Positions 1-11,989 of a stretch of 64,000 nt of DNA are shown here, piece after piece. The notes beneath the pieces are model-generated. The model was not told where the DNA came from. It searched no databases and worked only from the letters and a program-made list of their open reading frames with translations. The stretch spans positions 5,580,001 to 5,644,000 of the forward strand of contig NC_089432.1 in the NCBI RefSeq assembly GCF_026210795.1. The letters are read 5' to 3'. Made by a program: the position numbers and the translations under genes. Source of the DNA: Rhizophagus irregularis. Taxonomy: Eukaryota. Numbering within the stretch: position 1 is the stretch's first letter; the number at the start of each line of letters is the position of its first letter.

Positions 1-1686
1 AAATTATAGAATTTTGTCAAATTCTAGCCAGAATTAGATGTTTCAAATCCTACCGTTTATTAAGAAAATACTGAACTTTGCAGGCTAATAACTTTTGATC
101 TAGATCACCAATCAGGATAATCTTAACATCATTTTGTAGTTTAAGTTAGTAACAATTAAACTATGTTGAGTTATTTTAAATATATGCATCCAAATATTTT
201 TATTAAATTTCTAATTTGAACAATTTTATTTGATGAATTATTGTGTCCCAAACCGTATTATTAATTTTTAATCAACTGGAAATACAATATGAATGCACTT
301 TAATAATTCAAACTTTAAAACATAAAATTAGCATAATTATATTAGTATAGTTCCAGAAAATCAAGCAAATAATTATATGATCAAATAAATAATTAGCCAA
401 AAAGATAAATAATTAGAAGAATAAATGATTTATATAATGTAATATTCATAGTTATAATAATGAGATCATTATAAAACTAGTTTTACTAAATTATAATAAG
501 AAGTAATTTATCATTTAAGAAATTAGTTTTACTAGTATATAAATGAAAATACTAGATTAAAAAACTAATGTGTAAATAAGAAATAATTGTTATAATATTT
601 GTAAAATTTGATTAATCTTGAACTTTAATTTTTGACTTAATAAAAACATGAATTATTAAAAGTTATTTTAAATATATTTATTATTCACTTAAGCCATAAT
701 TAATATTTATTTTAGGATAAAATATGGAAAAGGATTTTTAAAGTTATATTTTTATTAATCATATGCTTTATACTACTAATTTGATTTATTTTATTTTGTT
801 ATAAATTTGATTTGATTAATTTTTGCTACTAATATTTTATTTCAATAAAGATGATTTAATGTGACAATACTTTAGCAGAGATTGTAAGCTTTACCAGCAA
901 TTAATAAGCAATAGTTAAATTACAAAAGGATATACTTTCTGTCAATTAAAAAACTGGTTATAGTAATACTTATTATACCTTTAATTTTTTAACTAACTAC
1001 TTTAATTAAATCAATATTTCTATTAAAATTCTTAAAATGCATATGATTTTTTTAGCATAGTAAGGCATAGTAAATTATAATAATTTTGGTTAATACTATT
1101 TCATAATTTCAGCTTGAACTTTAGACATAAAAATTTGGTATCTAAACTGGTATACAAGTGGTTAAAACTGGCGAACTAATAGAATCTTTCTGGTTCTTTA
1201 CTAGTTTTATAATAGTTCTAGAAGAGTTTTAGATATTATCAGATCACTACTATAATACCAACTTAGGTTTATCAAATTATATACCAAAGATTAACTGGCA
1301 TTATACCATAGTGCTAATTGAATTTAAATATGAATTTACATCATATTAATGCACCACTTAATATGATATTTTTTTTGCAACTAAATAACACCTAAATTAG
1401 CATAAAAGAGTACATAAAATAGTACTCAAACTGATACAAAAGGGAAATATCTGGCATTTAAACTAATATTCAAATAGGTATAAAGGGGTAATTAATATTC
1501 TTAATATAAAATTTGGATTATAAAGGATTCAGAAATAAAAAGAAAAGAATGGTAATTAGATTAAAGAGTGATAAAATTAAATTATAATATAATAATAAAA
1601 AATATATTAATATAAAAATGCAAATAACAGGAAAGACTTAAAGAAGTATTTAGAATAAAAAGAAATATTTCAAAAAAAAGCAGATA

Positions 1687-2056
1687 GATTATAGTGTAAT
1701 AATCAGATTATTTTTTTAGATTATAGTGCAGTATACAGATTATAGTTTTGTAAATTATATCATGATATTCAGATTATAATATAATATTTAGATTATATCA
1801 TAATATTCATATTATAGTGTGATATATACTTCTCCGCTAATTAATTACATCATATTTTGGTAAATGGACCAATTTACTATTTATTATAAAATTATTATGA
1901 ATTAATTACATCTGTCAAAATACATTACGTCTGTCAAAATAAATTTAATTAGTATTTTATCATTTTAACGAAAAGTATAGACTGTATAGTGTAATATTCA
2001 GATTATATTGTAATATTTAGATCATAATGTAATATTCAGATTATAATGTGATACTA
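1687..2056. repeat. Degenerate ~19-bp minisatellite (consensus GATTATAGTGTAATATTCA), interrupted by a 155-bp element
   Basis: About 10 imperfect units, e.g. gattatagtgtaataatca, gattataatataatattta, gattatattgtaatattta, gatcataatgtaatattca, on both sides of 1825-1979. Confidence 0.8.
1825..1979. mobile_element. 155-bp dispersed non-autonomous element, copy 1
   Basis: Same-length, highly similar copy at 10611-10765. Ends TATACTTCTCCG...CGAAAAGTATA form a short imperfect inverted repeat in TA context. Internal duplication ATTAC(A/G)TCTGTCAAAATA. Confidence 0.75.
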
Positions 2057-2471
2057 TAATTTAGGTTAAGTGGAATCTTATTGTCCAGAGTGAAGCGAAG
2101 GACTATATATGTCTATGCACTATGATGATCTATGGAAATAACGTGTAAATTTTCAATCATGTGAGTTTCTCTGTCCAGGAATTCCAAGGCATTATGCTGC
2201 TAATCAGCAGAAAATTACCAGAATTCCAAGGCGTTATGCTGCTAATTAGTAGAATATCGCTACATCTTTATTTATTATACTGCATTCGACTTACAATGGT
2301 TCCCATTTTTTAGTATTTAAATCTTTTAAAGATTTAAATGTAGAATTTCACTTTATTATTAATTATTAATAAATATTCTTTATTTTAACTTTTAACTATT
2401 AATACTATTAATATTATTTCTAATTTTTTAATTTTCAATTTTTTTATAAACTAAAATATTATTATTTTTCT

Positions 2472-3476
2472 TATCCCTTAAACTATTTTGCAGCCAAATT
2501 TGCCTGCAATTTTGTTTTTTAATTAAAGCCACTTTTAAATACCTTAAGGCATGATCTGCCTAAGAACGGCAGCAAACTACTATATAAATTCGGGGGAAAA
2601 AATTAAAACCAAAAAAAGGCATTATCTCGTGATCCAGTGATTGAATTTTGATGATCCCTTTTTGAGTTTATAGCTTTTGATGTACTCTTTAAAATAAAAA
2701 AAAGATATTTAAAATTGGACCAATATATCACAAGATAATTGCAAATATAATTTTTTCTGGGCAACGGAAGATTTATCGGGGGTATCGGAAGATTTACCTG
2801 GAAAAAATCATTTTTTGTGATTATATTGTGATATACCAGTCCAATTTCGAATTTTTTTTTTTGTTTTGAAAGAGTGCATCAAAAGCTATAAACTCGAAAA
2901 GAGATCATCAAAATCCAATCACTGGATCATGAGATAAAGCCTTTTTTTGGTTTTAATTTTTTCCCCCGAATTTATATAGTAGTTTGCTGCCATTCTTAGG
3001 CGGATCATGCCTTAAAATATTTTATTACATAAACCAATATTTTTATAATAAATTCTATAGTATTTTTAAGTAAAAATCGAAAAAAAAATTTCAATTTGAT
3101 TAATGATTTTTTAAAAGTAAATGATTGACAAATTATAACAAATAGTAGCTAAATTTTTCAAATTGAAATATCTTTTTATTCATTAACCCTAGAAATATAA
3201 AATTACCACCATTTGATGCATCTTAATGAGAAGAATCTGATAGAAATAAAATTGTCCTTCTACGAATATTATATGACAGAATAACTTATAAAATCTAAAA
3301 ATTTATAAATCAATATAACTTTTTATTTATCAATTTTAGAGTTATAATTTTATTGTGCCTTAATAAGAGGAATCTAACAAATATAATTTCATCTTTCTAT
3401 AATCACTAGATCTTAAGATATTTTAAAAATTCAAAAATTTTTAAAATTAATTTTAACCTCTACAGTTTAAGGGATA
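2472..3476. mobile_element. Putative ~1-kb non-autonomous DNA transposon with 13-bp terminal inverted repeats, hosting a foldback MITE
   Basis: TATCCCTTAAACT at 2472-2484 and its reverse complement AGTTTAAGGGATA at 3464-3476. No ORF and no clean target-site duplication. Confidence 0.5.
2548..3011. mobile_element. Foldback MITE (~215-bp inverted arms) flanked by TTAA; Kolobok- or Crypton-like ends
   Basis: TTAA|GGCATGATCTGCCTAAGAACGGCAGCAAACTACTATATAAATTCGGGGG... pairs with ...CCCCCGAATTTATATAGTAGTTTGCTGCCATTCTTAGGCGGATCATGCC|TTAA. TTAA lies at 2544-2547 and 3012-3015. Superfamily is inferred only from TTAA plus GG...CC termini. Confidence 0.88.
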
Positions 3477-6400
3477 GCATTTTTTAAAATTATTTAATAT
3501 TATAAAAATTTATTATTTAAGAATTAAAGTATATATTATGATAATTTTAATAATTATATAATAGAAATAATAATTTTAAATAATATATAAAAAATTGAAT
3601 TAATAAAAAAAAATAATATATACCAAATATCCAAATCATTTTTATAATTTTTTATATAAATTATTTAGAAATCTATTATATTTTATTAAATAAAATATTA
3701 GCATTTATATAAATTTTAAAAAAACTTGTTAATTTTTTATTAATTTTCTAAATAAAATTTTAATAAATTATTATAATAATTATAAAGTAAGTTTTATTTT
3801 ATTATTTATTTTCTTTAAAATAAAAAAAAAATAAAATAAAAATAATTTAATATTATAGTTTATATATGGGTTTATTTTTTATAATTTAATTTTCTATAAA
3901 AAAAAAGTATAGTTTCTGTTTTTTTATTATTAATTCTTATTTATTTCTAATAAACTATTGCATATCAATATTAAATATTTATTATTAATAAAATAATAAA
4001 AATACAATCTTTCTATACTATAAATTAAATTTTCAATTAAAATTTATTATTTTCATATCTTTTAAAATAATCTTTAAATATATATTTGATTGATAAAATT
4101 GTAAAATCATTTGATTATTTAAAAGTTTCAAGTTATTTCCCTTTATTTATTTAATTTAACATACTTTATATGTTTATTTAATTGGTCTGGACTTATAAAG
4201 AAATTTTATATTTTATTAAAAAATAATAACCAAACTTTGTGATAAATAATTTAATAAAATTCTTTTTAAGATAATAAAAATTAATTATACAAATTATTAA
4301 ACTCGATTTCTATGAGGATAAATAAAAAAAACAAATTATTAACTAGATCATCTGATTGATAAATTTACAAGAAATTACAAAATTACAAAATCACTTTTAA
4401 TATAAAAATTTTCTTTTGCCACAACATAACAATATACCGATGTACAAATTATGATTAATATTAAAATAATATAAAGAATTTACAATTTCGTATTGATATT
4501 TTTATAAGTGATGTTCATAAGCGGTAGTATTACGGGGCGATAGCTCAGCCTCGATCTATCATGGCGGAGTCATGATGATCAATGATATTTACGTCTTCCC
4601 GTGAAATAACTATTACTTTTATACCACGGTTTCTAATAGTCATCCATGATTTTTTTTTTATTGATATTTTTACGGATTATTAATAAAAAAATTCATTCAA
4701 GATGTCCTCGTGATATAAACATGAATCCTGATGATCAATGATATATCTATGGATAAAGGATTCTGCCGGTAGTACAAATCCAACCTTTGCATCTATGACG
4801 GTATCAGATAATGAATTGAACCCTTTACAGTAATATGAAAAAAATTTCAAATTAACGTTAAAATCTGAGCTTATTTAATTCGACAAACATATTCGGTGGA
4901 TAGGCTTGTTTTTTGATCGTTTCTTCTCTATTACTGAAAGTACTCAATATAATGGCAGTTGAAATTGGCAAAAACGGTGCTTATTAGAAGACGTTATCTA
5001 TATTACTGCGTTTATTTATACGGCGCAAAAATTTTTATGAATGAAATGGATGAAGAATAACCTTAACAGTTAAATATATTAATATTAATATTTTAGAAAC
5101 CAATACGATTATAGTGCGTAAAGCAATAGAAACATATTAACAAAGTCTAAATTCAGATTCAATCGGAATTATTGGATTTGAAATTTACGCATGATGGCCG
5201 TTTTTATTAACAAAATTCACGACAATCGGATGAAATTGCTTCGAATGTAATGGAGAAGAATATGAACGAATGCATTGAGTATTTTTGATAACACTATTAT
5301 CGACATACAATTGACATATATTAATAGTAACATAACAACAATAATAATAATATAGCGTTATAAAATCATAAGTCTCATAGTAACTTGATGAAGAACAAAA
5401 AAATATGAGTAAAGATTTAGTTTCAAAATTCAATTTGGGCTATCTGATTATTCGATTTATTGTAAAAGCTATGTAATTTTTCTAAAAAATTAAAAACCGG
5501 AAAAATATTATATAAAGATTATAATTGTACACAATAAAATAAGGTTCATTTCATATATTCCTTTTATTACTCCTTTTTTTTACCAGTTTTACAAGGGTCT
5601 AGTTGGAATTCTAATGTTTTATTTTATATGTTTCCTTAATTATTACTTTATCTTATAATTGTTCTCTTAGTAAAACGAACAATTTCTCTTAGCACAGTAA
5701 AATCTCTCAGTGGTAATAATTCGCTAGAGATTATTGACATATCAACTGATACATTTTCAATCTCAGGGAGCCAAAGCTTCTTAGGAAACTTTCATCTTTT
5801 GCATGCTTCCCTCAGTTCTATGAACGACAATAAGTGTGAAAATAAGAAAAAGAAGATACCTGTGCTATAATCTAAAAGTGTGTCCGTAATTCAATTAGTA
5901 GTTGCTTTATTTTCATAATATGTTGTCAAATATTTACACGCAATCGAAAGTTTTACCTTGATTGTTTATCCACGGATTCTCTTAGTTCTACTTAGAATTT
6001 CTCTCATTATGACCTCGACTCTTGTCTTTGTCCACTACATTCATCCAAATTCATTTTTCCTAGTAAGCATTTTAGTCTGTTGAAACACGCTTACTTATAC
6101 TTCTCTTCACCCAACGTTTCCAGTCTAGCCAGAAATGTTGCCACCTCTACGCGTTGGTATACTTCTTGAGCAGTGTAGTGGCATAAAATTTGTATTGAAG
6201 CGCGAATGTACGCTAAAAGAGAATATTGCGTGAAAACAATATAATTTTCAGTGTATGGTCACGGCGTTAAATGTTTCTTTATTAAAATTATATCATTTTA
6301 ACCATTTCATAAATGTGTTCAATAAAAAAAAGCACAGCAGAAATTTATTCAAGTTTAAGCGATTGCACTCAGTAATATAGTCACTCTTTACTATTGGATT

Positions 6401-7177
6401 TATTGTAATAAACGGTAAAGTAAGAATTTCCGGTAATAAACTGATGTATAAGTAAAGAAAATTATTTTTTTCAATTAGGCAATAATAGATACTCAACTAT
6501 TAACTTTATCTACTCATATTATACTTATTTTATTACTGTAGAGCGTTAATTGAGAGTATTAATTGTATAAATATAAAGAAATAATATATGAAATTTATAA
6601 TATCATCACATTAAAGTTAAGAACTTTATTATTTGTTAACTTTTGATATTAATGATTATTCTTACCTCTTCTCTAAAAAAATTGCATCTTCCCTTCCCAT
6701 TGTAACAAAGACTTGTAGCGTTTTTCTCTTCCAATTTCTATAAAAGGTAAACCGAAAAAAAGTCAATGAAATTTGAGGAATATTTTCTGATGATCCTTTA
6801 TTATTACAACTTGTGTAACGGGAATATGGAAAATAACTATATATAAGCAGTACATATTCGAATCTGTTAATTGTTTTTGCAATTACTCGTAGTTGCTGTA
6901 ACCCTCACGCTTTTTTCGCCCGTTATCTTTTTTGTACCTTTTCTAGTAATTGAAAAATTATATTTTTGATTATAACAATTAAAAATTTTTGTTATTCATT
7001 GTCTTAGTATATGCCTTTTTCTTATAAATTTCTTTCTTAGTATCTTTTGTCCTTATATTATAGTTCTTTGGGCTATAAACATTAGTTACAGTTTACTGTA
7101 CATAATTATATTGAACTATTTTGTGTTAAACTTTTTGATCTGATCATATTCCTAGATATTTATTTCTTATAAGTACC

Positions 7178-7927
7178 ATGAATTCTCTTGAAAAATTCTT
7201 TCAAATCTTATATAACTATGATATGGCAAAAGAGGAAAACCGCAGAAAAGGAAAAGCATTTCCTGTCAAATCTCCTAGGCTCACCATGAGCTTTGATTTT
7301 CCTGACGTGGACCCACCGATCGTAAATGCACCACATGAAATCCTATTTGACATGGAAGAAACCCCAAATCTTCACGACAATAATAACGACGAAATGCAAA
7401 ATCGTTCCCGTTCTCATTCAATCTCTTCATCTCCAAATAATTCGATTATCAGCATCAGCAGCGATGATGTTATGTCTGAAGACGTCAAAATGACTGATGC
7501 AAGTATTGATGGCGGGTTGACAAGCGAAAGTGACTCCAATACTTCGCCAACTACTAGAACATGCCACCATCCAAAACATAGGATATACAAAAGGCGAGGA
7601 TTAACAACGAATTCATTCGTGAAGATAACGAAAAATCTTGCTTCTATTGTTGGGATTGATGATAATTTAATAATTTGCAGAGGATGTATGAAACAATCTC
7701 ATCAAGACAAAGAAGTATAATATCACAGAATTTTTTTTTCTTTCATGAATTATAAAGCTTTTGTGGCTAACTCAGTTTATAAATATCTTTCTTAGTACAC
7801 TTCTCATCAAGATTATATTGCGCCGAAGAAAGCCAAGAAGGAACATATGTTAAACAATCTGAAGATTGAAATGGTAGGATTTAATCAACGTGGAAAAAGA
7901 GTAACCCGTTCACATAAGCGACAATAA
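7178..7927 (+). CDS. Hypothetical ~222 aa protein, two coding exons (7178-7714, 7796-7927); Ser/Asp-rich middle, Cys/His cluster, basic C-terminus
   Basis: 180-codon ORF, GTATAA donor at 7715, GCTAAC branch-like site, TAG acceptor at 7793-7795; exon 2 continues in frame (YTSHQDYIAPKKAKK...HKRQ*). Confidence 0.7.
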
Positions 7928-9083
7928 TCATTTCGGCAAGAAATTTAAAATCCGTTACATATCTTATAATTCATAAAGTGCCGAGTCGTTATAAAATATG
8001 GTATTACGTTAATAATAATTCGTTTTTGTATTAAATAGAAAAAAATTATTCTTCATTTTTATTATCATGTTGTTTGTCGCTAATAAAACAGAATGTAAAT
8101 TCCGATCAAATGAATAAAAATAAAACTTTTACGCTTGATTCAAACTTTGAGACGCTTGGGACAGTAAATATGACAATAGACTAATTGCTTTTAATTTAAT
8201 ATTTTAAGCATTCAATATCATGACGTACAAGTAATAAGAATTGAACCACATTGTACCCCTCATTTGTCGAGGGTATTTATAAACAGGAATGAACTTGCTC
8301 TTACTTTCTGAGCACTTTTACGATCTTTACACGATGTAGTCGGTGCAAGCAAAACGTAGCATAATAAATAAGTACTAATATCCGACCTTCTGATATTTGT
8401 ATTTATTTAGATATTTGGGATAATTGTCTTATACTTACATCTAAATTTTCAAAGATTTAATTATGTAACGAAAGGTATTCTACTAATGAGATTATCGTTC
8501 ATTTCCTCATTTCCTCTATATGAAAATTTGTGAAATTATCAATTGCTCGCATCGCTTTAAATATTTGTTATGCTTTACATTTTGTCTTATACTAAACACT
8601 GACATTGTCAATTAGCTGGTGTCTTATACTAAATATTAACATTATCAATTAGTTGGTTTCGCTTTTTTTTAATACATATGAAAATTATGTCACACGTAAA
8701 GTAATGTGTTACATTTGAGCAAAAATTACCTCCTCGTGTTATTTTTTTGACCCGCATATACTGTATTACATATAGGAGGGTCAAAAAGGATGTCGTACAG
8801 GGTCAAAAGCTGTTATTGTATCACTTCAGAGATCACAGTCTTAACTTTAACGGTCTCTTTGACGAGAAAAACGTGAACATATTTTCGATTAAGAATTCTA
8901 ACATAAATGTTTTTTCTTATTATTGAAAGCAACCCTCAGTTTTTATACAATAAATAGTTATGGAACCTATGTATTTACCAATCTCATTTCATTACGCATA
9001 TTTCTCTGATTTTTTATTTGAGCGGGGAAACGGGCTTCTTTTCTGTTTTAGCAAGCAAATAATCAACTGATCAATTTTATTAT

Positions 9084-9136
9084 TTTCCTTTGTTTCCTTT
9101 GTTTCCTTTGTTTCCTTTGTTTCCTTGTTTCCTTTG
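9084..9136. repeat. (TTTCCTTTG)x6 tandem repeat
   Basis: Six 9-bp units read directly, one with a 1-bp deletion. Confidence 0.95.
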
Positions 9137-10499
9137 TTGCTGTATTCTATTCAGTCGCGTTATTAGAGATGTATATTCGTCCTGTTGAAGATGTTGAAGA
9201 AAAATGCAAAGAAAACGCGTAATTTAAGCACGATATCATTATCTGTTATTGATTGTTTATGGTGTGACAGTATGATTCTTTTGTATGGACTAATTTTAAC
9301 TTTTAGCTTAATTAATAGTCTGTTTTTAAATTTTCGTTATAACAGATACTGTACATAGAAACAAAAACATGTATGACACGTTTTACGAAAATCTTTGTGA
9401 ATGATTGCAGCATGTTTTGTATATTTATAGGAAGTTAACTGTAAATATTTATTTGCAATTGAGAAGTCGATATAAGAAAAAACTTTTACTTATAGTACTA
9501 TTATATTAAAAAAAATCAAATAATAAATATACAAATTAGTTTAACATATGTAATATTATTACTATTCTTTTATTATCCACATTACATCCTCTTTTTTTTT
9601 ATTTCATATACACTTTGAAAACAAAATTTTTTTGTTATAAAAAATATATTTTTCACATTTTTTTTTTTAAAATGTCATATATTTTAATTTTGGCTAGCAT
9701 TATATAATTTTGTTCAAAAATCAATAGATAATAGATAAATTTACTATATATTAAATAATTTTTTTTAAAAAAATAACTTTAATTTTTATTCTAGTAAATT
9801 TTTAATAAATCTAATGATTTCAGAATTTTTTTAATTATAATGTAAAAGATTTCCAAATGTAAAGATTTTATTTATTACTATTTTCAAATTAGTATTATAA
9901 TTTATTATAATAAAAAAAATAAACTTTAAGAAAACTTGTGATTACTTATAGTTGCATTTTTCCATTTAAAATACAATAAAATTTAAGTTAAAAATTATAA
10001 TTTTTAAATACAATTTTCAATTTTAAATAAGTTTACTATTGAAATGATAATATTACATAAAATTTAAAGGATACTTATAAGTAAACTTACTTTAAAATTG
10101 TAATTTACATCTTAAAATTTATGATTTTTAATTGTAATTACACCTTTTTTATTAAAATTTAAATAATTACAAGTATCCTTAAAATTTTTTTTTTTATTAA
10201 TAATATTAAATCATATTAATTTGAATAGCAATAAATTCATGATATGTTTTATTTAAAATTTAATGAAAATTACAATTATAATTATAAAAACTTAATTATA
10301 TAATTAAAATAAATAATTCTATAAAATTATATAATAGGAATTATTATAGTAATGAAGTTGCCAAATAATAATACTTATAGAATAATATTTAATAAAATTA
10401 TAAAATTAATTAATATTTTTATATATATTTTTTTTACAAATTATTTAATAAAATAAATAAATAATTTATTACTATATAAAATATAAAAAGCATTTAAAA

Positions 10500-10839
10500 T
10501 ACTGTCAGATATTACCTAATATATTAGAAAAAAAAGGGTAACTAAATATATATATATATAAGTTATATATAATACTATATAAGAAATTATATATATACTG
10601 TATATATAATTATACTTCTCCGCTAATTAATTACGTCATATTTCGACGAACAGACCAATTCACTATTTATTATAAAATTACTATGAATTAATTACGTCTG
10701 TCAAAATACATTACGTCTGTCAAAATAAATTTAATTAGTATTTTGGCATTTTGACGAAAAGTATATATATAATATATCTTACCTAGGGAGGAGGGGTAAG
10801 CTTTTATATTAGAGTAATATTAGGTAATATCTGACAGTA
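10500..10839. mobile_element. MITE with perfect 23-bp terminal inverted repeats (including flanking TA)
   Basis: TACTGTCAGATATTACCTAATAT at 10500-10522 and its exact reverse complement ATATTAGGTAATATCTGACAGTA at 10817-10839. The outer TA may be the target-site duplication. Confidence 0.85.
10611..10765. mobile_element. 155-bp dispersed non-autonomous element, copy 2, nested in the 10500-10839 MITE
   Basis: Same length and orientation as 1825-1979; retains more CpG (ttacgtc, tttcgacg, ttgacg) than copy 1. Confidence 0.8.
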
Positions 10840-11989
10840 GTAGTACCCTTATATATATAAATTTGTATTATTCATTACTTAGCAGAAGTTATATAATCTC
10901 AAACAAATATTCAAATAAAAATTATATATTATTAGTATTATATTTTTATTTTTATTTTTATTTTTTAATATTGAATCATGTACTACTTATTAGAATATAT
11001 TTGGATTATATAATAATCACAAATATTCTATGAGTGATACTTCCAGCTCCAGGCCAGTCTAATTAAACATTAGATATTATATCAGCAATAAAATTAAGAG
11101 TAAAAATAAACAAAAAGTAAGCTAACATAACATACTATAAACTGGAAAAAATAAAAAAAAATAAAAATAAAATTAATAATAAAAATAAATTAATAATAAA
11201 GTATATTTCTCAAATTATAAATAAAAATAAAATTATAAATAGAAATAAAATTATAAATAAAATTATAAATAAAAATAAATATAACTAAGAATAGATAAAA
11301 ATTTAAATTAATCCAGTAATTTTTTGCTAATCCTTATATATGTATTTCTTTATGAAGGTATCTATTGATTTCTTTACCAAAAAAATTGACTTTTGTAATC
11401 AATCTACTTTTCTTGTTTGTAAATCTTTCACTTTATCTAAAGTTGATTTAAATTGTTCTTTACTTTAGATTCTGAAAGTATTATATTTTTATTAAAATAA
11501 AAATTATTATATAATTTTTAAAAAAAGTAATATATATTATATTATTATTAAAAAAAAAAATTTTATAATAAAGATGAAATTTAATTGAAAATTTTTTTTA
11601 AAGAATTTATAAAAACAAATTTAAAAATCAATTAATTATATAAAATTATATTATTATTTTAGATTTACTTTTTACTATAAATTTATTTATATAATATAAT
11701 ATTATATTATTATATTATTAAAAATAAATATACAATTCTTAAAATTGAAAAAAATAATATATTCTAAAATTATTATATAATATAATAACTTTAACTAATA
11801 TAATTAGTATACTTATAATAAAAGATATAATTATATTAATTGTAATATTTATTAAATTGTATTATATATATAAATCAATCTAATTATGTTAAATTATTAT
11901 CTACTTATATATAAATTGTTATTTACCTATATATAAATTATTATTTATATATAAATTGTTACCTATTTACTATTTTTGACCTGAAATAT

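Noticed and set aside
2080..2320. GTCC...GGAC mini-hairpin plus a 43-bp tandem duplication, reminiscent of a Helentron-associated element end
   Set aside because: Single copy in the window and no matching second end; not enough to call.
4534..4610. tRNA-like start GGGGCGATAGCTCAG
   Set aside because: No D-loop GG, no TTCGA T-loop and no matching acceptor stem.
5760..6215. Minus-strand exon-like pieces (YIRASIQILCHYTAQEVYQRVEVATFLARLETLGEEKY) with splice-like signals
   Set aside because: The next putative exon has stops in all three frames, so no coherent gene model; may be a pseudogene.
9078..9415. Possible tiny minus-strand gene ending in GNK repeats encoded by the 9-bp array
   Set aside because: No convincing in-frame exon chain; the open frame is explained by the repeat.
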